From NCBI GenBank assembly GCA_964490075.1, contig CAZBBK010000054.1, forward strand, positions 1 to 40,845: a DNA stretch of 40,845 bases, written 5' to 3'. The notes beneath the pieces are model-generated. The model saw nothing but the letters and a program-made list of their open reading frames with translations, did not search any database and was not told the origin of the DNA. Each line of letters opens with the position of its first letter. Positions within the stretch are counted from its first letter, which is position 1. The DNA comes from an uncultured Gemmatimonadota bacterium. Lineage in GTDB: Bacteria > GCA-2686955. Made by a program: the position numbers and the translations under genes. Positions 1-8,161 of this stretch are shown here, piece by piece.

Positions 1-464
1 GGAGCCACGGTTTCTCAACCGTGGAAGGACCTTTTGGTTGATATTGATACAATATCGGCCGCTGCGCTTCAATGGAGCCACGGTTTCTCAACCGTGGAAG
101 GGGTCCGTTGGCTACCCCTGCTGCTGGGGATGGGAGGCTTCAATGGAGCCACGGTTTCTCAACCGTGGAAGGTTCACAAATAGACGCATGGAGTAGGGCG
201 CTCTCCTAGCTTCAATGGAGCCACGGTTTCTCAACCGTGGAAGGGAAGTATCTCTAATAAAGCCCGCTGCACAGTTCTCCTAGCTTCAATGGAGCCACGG
301 TTTCTCAACCGTGGAAGGTCGTACTTCCCAACGGGGTCGGGGCACTTTGGCTTTGGCTTCAATGGAGCCACGGTTTCTCAACCGTGGAAGGAACAATAGC
401 TGTGCATACGCGCATAAGACACTTTGAAGCTTCAATGGAGCCACGGTTTCTCAACCGTGGAAGG
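1..464 (-). CRISPR. CRISPR array, cut by the window edge: 6 full repeats plus 1 partial, and 6 spacers of 35-38 bp. Repeat on the minus strand is CCTTCCACGGTTGAGAAACCGTGGCTCCATTGAAGC
   Basis: Identical 36-bp repeats at 66, 137, 209, 283, 356 and 429, partial at 1-28. Each has an 8-bp stem CCACGGTT/AACCGTGG. The 3' ATTGAAGC end is typical of I-G (I-U) repeats. The array lies next to cas2. Confidence 0.98.
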
Positions 465-673
465 GGCACCCCGCCAAACCCTTGCGGCGCACCGGCCCCG
501 AGACCGGTTCGCGAGCGCTCCGGTGGGAGGGGGGCGGCTTGACCGTGGGGGGGATCGGGACCGGGCGGGGAGAGGGCATCGAGTCCTTTGGGTGGCAAGA
601 GGTTGCGGGGCTTTCGAGCGCTCCCGGGGGTTTGGGAGGTCACCGGAGCGCTCGAAGCCCGTTTTGGGAAGGC
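465..673 (-). promoter_or_regulatory. CRISPR leader
   Basis: Non-coding gap between the cas2 stop and the first repeat. CGAGCGCTCC motif at ~512-521 and ~615-624, inverted copy at ~645-654. Confidence 0.75.
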
Positions 674-967
674 TCATCCTACCACAACCGCCCGCCGATC
701 GGGGTCGGAATAGGGCTTGCCGATCGCCTTGATGGCGGCGTCGTTCTTGCCGCCCGGGGGGCCGAGGGGGACGATGAGGACCTGGTCTTCGTCGTGGTGA
801 ACCACGGGCGTCAGAGCGTCGATGAGCTGGGCCCGTTCGAGATCGGAGAGCTCGCAACGGAACACCGAGTACTGGATGCGGTCTCCGTACTCCTGCATGG
901 TCTTGTAGATAGAGCGCCAGCGTTTCGGCTCGGCGATGTCGTAGGCGACGACGTAGGCGTTGCGCAT
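674..967 (-). CDS. cas2: CRISPR-associated endoribonuclease Cas2
   Basis: YVVAYDI...IQYSVFRCEL motifs; 97 aa; directly downstream of cas1. Confidence 0.97.
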   Translation of the reverse strand: MRNAYVVAYDIAEPKRWRSIYKTMQEYGDRIQYSVFRCELSDLERAQLIDALTPVVHHDEDQVLIVPLGPPGGKNDAAIKAIGKPYSDPDRRAVVVG

Positions 968-972
968 GGGAG

Positions 973-2622
973 CTACCTGGTCTGGAAGGGTCGGTAGTCG
1001 TCGATTTCGCCGAGGAGGAAGCGTCCCAGCAGCCGCGCCTGGACCTCGACGATGCGCCGGTAGCTGATCCGGTAGCCGAAGATCGGATGGGTGACCAGCT
1101 CGTCGATGCGGCGTGTGTAGGCCTGGATCAGGGCCTTGCGGGCGCGCTCTTTCAGGGCGACTCCGGTGCGTCCGCCGACGAAGTCATCGGGCTTGATCTC
1201 GCCGTTGTTGATCACCCGCAGCACGGTGGAGTCGGCGACGATCGGGCGCAGCTCCTCCATCAGGTCGAGCGCCAGAGACGGTCGGCCGTAGCGCGGATGG
1301 TGGTAGAAACCGAGCATCGGATCGAAACCGACGGCGGCGACACTCACCGTGACGTCCTTGGCCAGCAAGGCGTAAACAAACGAGAGCAGGGCGTTGACCG
1401 GATCGCGGGGCGGGCGTTTGTTGCGACCTTCGAACGAGAACCCGCCGTCGAGGTCGCGACGCTTCAGCATCTCCGGGAATCCCTCGAAGTAGGTCCGCGC
1501 CGCCGATCCCTCGACGCCGAGCAGCGTCTCGCTGTTCTTCGCCTGCCCGGCCCGCCGCGCCGAGGCGCTCAGGCGCGCCAGGAGCTTTTTGGCACCGCCG
1601 CCGTGGTTGCGTCGGAGCAGGGTGCGCTGGTTCTTGATCTTGGCGGCCACGAAGCTCCGCGCCAGCTCCAGCGACCGGTTCTCGTCGGCCGCCGCCGCGT
1701 ACTGCGCCTGTCGCAGGCGGACGTTCTTGTGGGCGAGCCCCGTCACCATCGAGTAGAACCAGCCTCCGCGGCTGAAGTAGAGCACCGGGATGGCGCGCGA
1801 GCTCAGCTCGCGGATCGCCGCGGTGCTGACCTGCACTCCCCCGAACACACAGAGATCGCTCACGTCGATCAGGCGCAGATCGGCGCGCTTCTCGCCCCTC
1901 TGCGTCACCCGCAGGCGACCGGCGCGCACCCCGACCGCGCAGCCCTGCTCCTGCACGTAGACCGGAAGGGGATCGTCGCGCGCCGGCATCAACCGCCGAG
2001 GCTGCCGGTCGGCGCCGTTGGTCAGCAGACCGACCTCGTCCGGCAGACAGAGCGGAGCCAGGGAGCAGCCGCGGCACTTCGGACTGTCCACCAGGGGCGG
2101 CGGCGCGGTGTCGGACGCGGCGACCTCCAGTGCGGCAGCGCGCGCGGCGAGCGTGCGTGCCTCCAGGTCGGCGTCGACCGGGATGTCGACCCGTGCCTTC
2201 GACCCGGCGTAGTAAACGGTCGCCTCGGGCACCGAGTAGCCGTGCGCTCGCAGCAGCAGCGCGGCGGCGCCGACCTGCACGCGGTCGGCAGGCCAGAGCT
2301 CGTCCTCGCCCTCGGGCTTGCGGCCCTTCTTGTAGTCGACCGGGCGCACCGCCTCCCCCTCGCCCTCGACCAGGTCGATGCGTGCCGTGAGGCCGAGCTC
2401 CTCGTCCGCGAGGTGCAGTGATCGGGTCGCGGCGGGTGCGTCGCCGTCGTCCGGCGGAGGTGGAGATGGGGTGTCGACCCTGCGGTGCACCGTCTTGCCC
2501 TCGACCGTATCGGCGCTCTCGCACCACTCCTGGTCGACCCACTCCAGGTAGAAGAGCCGCGGGCAGTAGACCGACTCGTTCAGCATGCGTGCCGGCAGCA
2601 GGGCCGGTGGGCGGACCCTCAT
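973..2622 (-). CDS. cas1: Cas4-Cas1 fusion (type I-G/I-U style)
   Basis: N-terminal Cas4 (CPRLFY, RIDLVE..PVDYKKG, CRGCSLAPLC Fe-S motif). C-terminal Cas1 (GVEG, NKRPPRDPVNALLS, GFYH, LALDLMEELRP). ATG 2622 follows SD AAGGAGG, so it is preferred over the longer ORF-track start. Confidence 0.96.
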   Translation of the reverse strand: MRVRPPALLPARMLNESVYCPRLFYLEWVDQEWCESADTVEGKTVHRRVDTPSPPPPDDGDAPAATRSLHLADEELGLTARIDLVEGEGEAVRPVDYKKGRKPEGEDELWPADRVQVGAAALLLRAHGYSVPEATVYYAGSKARVDIPVDADLEARTLAARAAALEVAASDTAPPPLVDSPKCRGCSLAPLCLPDEVGLLTNGADRQPRRLMPARDDPLPVYVQEQGCAVGVRAGRLRVTQRGEKRADLRLIDVSDLCVFGGVQVSTAAIRELSSRAIPVLYFSRGGWFYSMVTGLAHKNVRLRQAQYAAAADENRSLELARSFVAAKIKNQRTLLRRNHGGGAKKLLARLSASARRAGQAKNSETLLGVEGSAARTYFEGFPEMLKRRDLDGGFSFEGRNKRPPRDPVNALLSFVYALLAKDVTVSVAAVGFDPMLGFYHHPRYGRPSLALDLMEELRPIVADSTVLRVINNGEIKPDDFVGGRTGVALKERARKALIQAYTRRIDELVTHPIFGYRISYRRIVEVQARLLGRFLLGEIDDYRPFQTR

Positions 2623-2717
2623 GACAACCTCCTTCGAATCGGGGCTCGGCCCGGCGGCGCGAGCTCCATCAGGGGAATCGGCGGGACGGCCGATTCCTTG
2701 CATGGGCGGCTGACCCA

Positions 2718-2746
2718 TTGACACCCCGTCGCGGCCGGGGTACAAA
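2718..2746 (+). promoter_or_regulatory. Putative sigma70 promoter for the cas10 operon
   Basis: TTGACA (2718-2723), 17-nt spacer, TACAAA (2741-2746) in the divergent intergenic gap. Confidence 0.55.
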
Positions 2747-2937
2747 CAACGATCGCATGACACCCTGGAGGCACAGAGGCTCCGCGCCCGCTGCCCCCAC
2801 CCAGGCGGAGTGAGATTGGTGGTCAGAACCGAGCGTTGCATCACTGACGAGCCACGCCGACGGCGTTGGGCGAGATCGCGCTCTCTGGACTGTCTCAGCC
2901 CCCGGCAGGTCGCCGGCCATCGAGGACCGGCAGCGTG

Positions 2938-4572
2938 ATGGTCGTTGCCGGCAAGCTATCGGGCATCCAGCGCTTCCTCTTTGCCACGGCCGAGACGGGC
3001 GGTGCCCAGGCCAAGCGCCTGCGCGCGAGATCCTTCATCATTTCGCTCCTGGCCGAGACCGCCGCCCTTCGGGTCCTGCGTGCCCTCGACTGGCCGGCGG
3101 ACGACGCCCACTATCCGCTCCGCGCCGCGGGGAAGTTCCTGCTCTCGGGTCGACCCGGTCGCGCCGTCGACGAAGCTCTCGAAGCCGAGAGCCGTTTCAT
3201 CCGCGACTGGTTGGCGCGGCATACCAACGCTGAGATCCAGTTCACGCTGGCCGTGGGGCGCTCAACCGCGAATCAGCGAGACGCCTACCGGCGGGCTCAG
3301 GAGACGCTGCACGCCGCCAAAGGGCGACCGTGGGCGCCCGACCCGGGTGCCGCCTGGGATCCGTCTCGCCTGGTGCTCGGTCCTCTGGACACACCCTGCG
3401 TCCTCTGTCGCCGTGACCGTGCCACCGAAGACGAACGCGATCCGGACACGGGTGAGCTGCGACGCGTGTGCCTTTGGTGTGGGGTCACACGGACCCTCGG
3501 CCAAAGACTGCCATCGAGTCGTTGGCTCACCCTTCGCCGGGATCCGATCGGCGACGACCTGGATCTCCTCGGGTGCGGCGTGGGCGTGCACCGGGATCCG
3601 CCCGGAGTTGTCGAGGAGACCACGCTGGCGGTGATGAACCTCCAGAATCCGCGGCGCCGTCCGTCCTGGTGCCCGGTCGGACGATTTCTGGAGCGCCGCT
3701 TGATGGCCCACGTGCCCACCGACGATCACGGCCGTCCGGTGGAGTTCGTCGAGATCGCCCGCGCCGCGCGAGGCGACCATCTTCTCGGTGTGCTCGTGGC
3801 CGATGCCGACTCCCTGGGGGTCGCCATCGACTCCGCGCTGACGGGAGAGACGGATCTCACTGCCCTGACCAACCTCAGTCGCTCCCTGGACGCGTTCTTC
3901 GCCGGTTTCTTGAAGTCGAAGATCGAACACCAGGACGGCGGATGGCGACACGTCTACACCGTCTTCTCGGGTGGCGACGACCTGGTCATGGCGGGGCCGT
4001 GGGATGTGATGTTCGAGCTGGCGGGCGAGCTTCGGGACTGGTTTCGGGAGCACCTGGGTCGCCACGGATTGACGATCAGCGCCGGTCTCGCGCTCATCAA
4101 GCCCAAGCGTCCCATCAAGGCCGCGGTGGCGGAGGCGGAACGTCTCCTGGAAGCCGCGAAGACCGTGGCCGACCCGGCAGGCGCAACTCCGAAAGACCAA
4201 TGTGCGGCTTTTGGGCAGATCTGGAAGTGGGACAATCACCAGACGATCCTGGCCGCCGCGCTTCGGTTGGTCGGCTGGGTGGATTCGGGCCAGATGCAAC
4301 GGGGATGGCTGCACACGCTGCTTGCTCTCGTCGAGGCCCGACATCCCGATGTTTCGTCCGGCGCGTCGGCTGCACCAGAGCCCGACCCCCTGGCGACGGC
4401 GAGGCTCGCCCATCATGTCGCGCGCAACTATCGTCGAGGATCCGAGGCGCGGGGTTGGGCAGAGAGACTTGTTCGCAGTTTCGACGATGCGTCGCATCCA
4501 GAGGTCCGATACCTGCCGGCAGCTCTTCGCCATGCGTTGACCGCGACACGGGCGGCTGGCGAGGGGACGTGA
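2938..4572 (+). CDS. cas10: Cas10/Csm1-like large subunit lacking the N-terminal HD domain
   Basis: Palm1 AGKLSGIQRFLF..KRLRARSF; CxxC..CxxC zinc finger; Palm2 LVADADSLG and YTVFSGGDD; LTISAG. Start is uncertain (2866-2938). Confidence 0.9.
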   Translation: MVVAGKLSGIQRFLFATAETGGAQAKRLRARSFIISLLAETAALRVLRALDWPADDAHYPLRAAGKFLLSGRPGRAVDEALEAESRFIRDWLARHTNAEIQFTLAVGRSTANQRDAYRRAQETLHAAKGRPWAPDPGAAWDPSRLVLGPLDTPCVLCRRDRATEDERDPDTGELRRVCLWCGVTRTLGQRLPSSRWLTLRRDPIGDDLDLLGCGVGVHRDPPGVVEETTLAVMNLQNPRRRPSWCPVGRFLERRLMAHVPTDDHGRPVEFVEIARAARGDHLLGVLVADADSLGVAIDSALTGETDLTALTNLSRSLDAFFAGFLKSKIEHQDGGWRHVYTVFSGGDDLVMAGPWDVMFELAGELRDWFREHLGRHGLTISAGLALIKPKRPIKAAVAEAERLLEAAKTVADPAGATPKDQCAAFGQIWKWDNHQTILAAALRLVGWVDSGQMQRGWLHTLLALVEARHPDVSSGASAAPEPDPLATARLAHHVARNYRRGSEARGWAERLVRSFDDASHPEVRYLPAALRHALTATRAAGEGT

Positions 4573-4578
4573 AGCAAC

Positions 4579-5187
4579 ATGGTTGACAATCGGCATAGAG
4601 GCGGCGGAGGCGACCGGGGCCAGCGAAGGCGGAGGCAAGGCGAACCAGACCGGCGAGAACCGACGTTGGAAGAGCTCTGGCCCGAATTTTTGCGCGACGG
4701 GTTCCTCGACGCCGCCGGGAATCTGCGCTGCGAGTACGTCGAGAGAGATCGAGTCGACCGCCTGGTCCGCGCCATGAGCCGGGCGAAGCCGGCACTGACC
4801 ATGCACCAGGCGCGACGCTTCTTCCAGCACTGCCGGGCGATCGAGGCTCGCCTGCGAGCGAGGATCTCGACCTGGGACGCCGAGCTGGCCAGCTTCCGCA
4901 GGCTCGACGTGGCCGCGGCGGACGCCGTCGGCACGGCGATGCATCCGCGCAAGGTCGAGCGTGTGGTGGCCGGCTCGAAGTTCTTTCTGCGTATCGGCAT
5001 CCACGTCTGGAGTCTGGACGGCCAGGTGCACCGCGACGGAGAGGCCGGCGGAGCCGCGCTGGTGGCGTTCGTCAAGGAGGGCCTGGCGGCGCTCGAACGG
5101 ACGGGGATCGGTTCCGGCATCAGCAAGGGGTCGGTCGAGATCGAGCTCGAGGATCTGAAGGTCGACCAACAAGCGTTCAGCCTGTGA
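4579..5187 (+). CDS. In-frame chimera of Csm2 (Cas11) N-terminus and Csm3 (Cas7) C-terminus
   Basis: LTMHQARRFF resembles Csm2. It is followed abruptly at ~4930 by Csm3-like HPRKVERVVAGSKF and a G-rich loop GIGSGISKG. Lies between cas10 and csm4. Confidence 0.7.
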   Translation: MVDNRHRGGGGDRGQRRRRQGEPDRREPTLEELWPEFLRDGFLDAAGNLRCEYVERDRVDRLVRAMSRAKPALTMHQARRFFQHCRAIEARLRARISTWDAELASFRRLDVAAADAVGTAMHPRKVERVVAGSKFFLRIGIHVWSLDGQVHRDGEAGGAALVAFVKEGLAALERTGIGSGISKGSVEIELEDLKVDQQAFSL

Positions 5188-5203
5188 AATGGGCGAGGCC
5201 GCG

Positions 5204-6157
5204 ATGCAGCTATACCGGATCCGCGTGATCCCCGAGTCGCCGTGGCTGACGCCATGGCAGTCGGACACCCTGGCGGGGCTGCTCTGCTGGGCGTGCGCCC
5301 GGACCGAGGGGGAAGGGGTTCTCGAGCAGGAGATCATCGGACCAGGCCTGAACGGGTCGCCGCCCTTCGTGACCTCAGATGCCTTTCCCGGCGACTGGCT
5401 CCCGATTCCTGCGACCGCCCGACTGGCGACGTGGGCGGCTCCGGAGCGAAAGCCGGACAAGCGCGCCCTCTGGGTGGAGCGCGCCGCCTTGGTGCGACTT
5501 CAACACGGAGATCGGCCCCGGATCGACGACCTGATTCCGAACAGTGGAGTCCACGAATATCTCCAACTTCGCAACACCATCGACCGTTCGAGCGACACCG
5601 CCGCCATCGACGGGGGGCTCTATCCGACGACCGAGCGAGTGTTGGGAGTCGATGACCGAGGCCGCCCCCTCTCATATTTGTCGGTCTACCTCCGCGTCCG
5701 ACAGGAGAGCAAGGATCTCCTGATGCGGCTCTTCGCGGAGCTGGCGGGGTGGGGCTTCGGCGGCGATCGCTCGGTAGGGAAAGGACAGTTTCGGCTCGGG
5801 TCCGATCTCGAAGCGCTCGACGATCTCGATGCCGTGGCTGCCCCGACCGGCTGCGTCGTACTCTCGACATTCCAGCCCAGCGCGGATGATCCGACCAAGG
5901 GGTCCTGGGACGCCTTCACGAAGTACGGCAAGCTTGGCCCCGACTACGGCTTCGAAAACGTGTTCAAGCGCCCGCAGATCATGATGCGTCCGGGCGCGTG
6001 CTTCGCTCCGAACGCTGCCGCGGGATGGGTGGGAAGAGCAATTCCGATGAGCGAGCTCTTGTCGCCGGAGGTCTGCTCTCAGCTCGTGGCGCGCCAGACC
6101 AATGTGGTCCACTGGGCTTTCGGAATCGCGTTGCCGATGCCGTGGCCGTGGAGGTGA
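5204..6157 (+). CDS. csm4: Csm4 (Cas5 family RAMP)
   Basis: PWQSDTLAGLLCW, SDAFP, RNTIDR, GFGGDRSVGKGQF, TKYGK and GACF motifs. Alternative start at 5189. Confidence 0.88.
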   Translation: MQLYRIRVIPESPWLTPWQSDTLAGLLCWACARTEGEGVLEQEIIGPGLNGSPPFVTSDAFPGDWLPIPATARLATWAAPERKPDKRALWVERAALVRLQHGDRPRIDDLIPNSGVHEYLQLRNTIDRSSDTAAIDGGLYPTTERVLGVDDRGRPLSYLSVYLRVRQESKDLLMRLFAELAGWGFGGDRSVGKGQFRLGSDLEALDDLDAVAAPTGCVVLSTFQPSADDPTKGSWDAFTKYGKLGPDYGFENVFKRPQIMMRPGACFAPNAAAGWVGRAIPMSELLSPEVCSQLVARQTNVVHWAFGIALPMPWPWR

Positions 6158-6161
6158 CACA

Positions 6162-6638
6162 ATGAGCATGACCGTCGTTTGTTCCGTGGGGACGAGTGCA
6201 GCCAAGGGCATCTGCCACCCTGCGAAGCTCGCCGATTGGGTCGCCCAGCACGGTGACCCGGACGCCGCGGCCGCGCGGATCTACGAGAGCTTCCGCGCCG
6301 TGGAACCGCAGGGCGACGCTCTCCCCACCACCCTCTCCGCGGAGATACACTGTTTCAGTGGAAGAGTGGCGCTTGCTCGTCTGGCGCGCGGTCCGGGAGG
6401 ACGAGGTCGGACCCGGCTACCCGGCTTGCATCCAGGTCGATCCTCGCAACGAGCGGCACCGGTTCTCCCCATTCACGCGCATGGAGATGCATCGATGAAG
6501 GTGCGTCTGGTCTCCGCCCGGCTCGACGAGCACCTGGCGCAGCCCACCGACGCCGCATCCCACGGCCAGCCCGAGACAACGAACCACGACCCCGGCGAGC
6601 CGGCGCGATGGATGCGCGACGAAGGGCACCTCCCGTGA
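6162..6638 (+). pseudogene. Truncated CARF (APE2256/Crn1-like) gene, mosaic with other gene remnants
   Basis: SD GGAGGTG, then MSMTVVCSVGTS...SAEIH, the N-terminal signature of this family. Similarity stops at ~6350. Confidence 0.65.
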
Positions 6639-8092
6639 GTATCGCGCTCCGCGTGCGAACCCTGCATGGTCGCCCCCGCCCGACCCGCTGGCGCCCGGGA
6701 GATCCTCGCGACGAACGCGCGATCCCCTCACCCTGGCGCATCCTTCGCGCCTTGGCGCTGGCCGGCACCCGCCTCGACCCACCCGCGCCGACCGCGGCGC
6801 TGCGCCACCTGCTGCTCGACACGCTGGCGCCGCCCCCGCACTACCATGTGCCGCCGGTGACGGTCCCGGCGGAGCCCCGCGAGATCGTCGTCACCTGGCC
6901 GGACGTGGAGCTGCCGCCGTCGCAATGTCCCTTGCTGGATCTGTTGCTAGATGCGCTGGGCTGTCTGGACCCCGACCAGACCTGGCTCGAGGCCCGCCTA
7001 GCCGAGCCGCCGGCCTCCCCCTTCGATGCCTGGCCGCTGGCGCCCGGCGGCACTACGACGACTGCGCGCCGCTCCCGCCTGGCGCTGATGAGCGAGCAGG
7101 AGTGGGCGCTGTGGCGCGACGCGGTGACGCCGCGCCTCGCCCGCCGTTCGGCGCCGGAGCTGCCGGTCGATCGCTGGGCCGCCCTGACCCTGCCGATCGA
7201 GCGCTTGCAGAGCGACGGCTGGTGGAACCCGCCGGGCGCCAAGGCGGTGGACTACGCTTTTCGTGGGGTCGCTGCTCCGGAGCAGGGCGACAGTCGGGCC
7301 TCCCGCGCCACCGTCGATCCGAGCGTGGCGGTGTTCGCGCTGCGCTGCGCGGAGCTGCCGTTGCTGACCCGGGCGCTGGAGATCGGCGACATATTTCGCA
7401 AGGCGCTGATGGCCTGGAGCCGCGACGAAGACGGTCTCTCCCACCCGGTGTTCACGGGGCGTGATCGACTCGGCCGGCCGCGCGCCGATCAGCATCGCCA
7501 CGCCCACCAACTCTGTCTCGATATCGATGGGGACGGGCGGATCGACCACCTGCTGGTGTGGGCGCCCGAGGGGCTCGACGAGGACGCGTGTCGCGCGCTG
7601 CGGCGCGGCGACCGGCTCTGGGGACCCGAGGGGCTTCGTCTGTCGCTGGAGCTGGTGGGGCTGGAGCAGGCGGCGGCCCTCGACGCCGGCGCAAACTGTC
7701 GCTGGCCGCCGCTGGCATGCGTCCGGGATTGGGTCTCGTCGACCCCTTTCGTTCTGATGCGCCATCCGAAGCGTCGCCGCTCCGGGGAGCCGAAGCACGA
7801 CGCTCGCGGCATGTGGATCGACGGCCCGCGGTGGCAGCTCCTGACGGAGCTACGCCGGCGCGGGCTTCCGGAGCCACGCGAGATGCACGAGCTGGAGAGA
7901 ACATCGCTCGGCGAAGGCGCCGTGCCCTGGACCGACTTCAGCACCCGGCGCCCCGGCGGCGGGCGTCGCTACGGAGCTCCGACCGGCTTCGCGCTGCGCT
8001 TCGAGGAGCCCATCACCGGTCCGCTGGCGCTCGGGTTCGGCGCGCACCAGGGGCTGGGGCTCTTCCTCCCAGCCGGCGGCGACGGGCAATGA
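6635..8092 (+). CDS. csb2: Csb2 (Cas5-Cas6 fusion of type I-G) with a degenerate Cas5 half
   Basis: PSPWRILRAL, HRHAH..DGRIDHLLV, WVSSTPFVLMRHPK, and C-terminal GPLALGFGAHQGLGLF (Cas6 G-rich loop). GTG start overlaps the upstream stop (GTGA). Confidence 0.88.
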   Translation: MSIALRVRTLHGRPRPTRWRPGDPRDERAIPSPWRILRALALAGTRLDPPAPTAALRHLLLDTLAPPPHYHVPPVTVPAEPREIVVTWPDVELPPSQCPLLDLLLDALGCLDPDQTWLEARLAEPPASPFDAWPLAPGGTTTTARRSRLALMSEQEWALWRDAVTPRLARRSAPELPVDRWAALTLPIERLQSDGWWNPPGAKAVDYAFRGVAAPEQGDSRASRATVDPSVAVFALRCAELPLLTRALEIGDIFRKALMAWSRDEDGLSHPVFTGRDRLGRPRADQHRHAHQLCLDIDGDGRIDHLLVWAPEGLDEDACRALRRGDRLWGPEGLRLSLELVGLEQAAALDAGANCRWPPLACVRDWVSSTPFVLMRHPKRRRSGEPKHDARGMWIDGPRWQLLTELRRRGLPEPREMHELERTSLGEGAVPWTDFSTRRPGGGRRYGAPTGFALRFEEPITGPLALGFGAHQGLGLFLPAGGDGQ

Positions 8093-8120
8093 CCCGAGGG
8101 GCCACACCGGGCCCCGGGTC
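8091..8120 (+). terminator. GC-rich hairpin after csb2 (possible terminator)
   Basis: GACCCGAGGGGCC...GGCCCCGGGTC imperfect inverted repeat; no U-tract. Confidence 0.3.
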
Positions 8121-8161
8121 CGTTACCCTGAACCGAGCTCAGCCCCCACCGGAGCCCCCAA

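Noticed and set aside
359-997. ORFs overlapping the array and leader
   Set aside because: Translations of repeats, the leader or the cas2 antisense strand.
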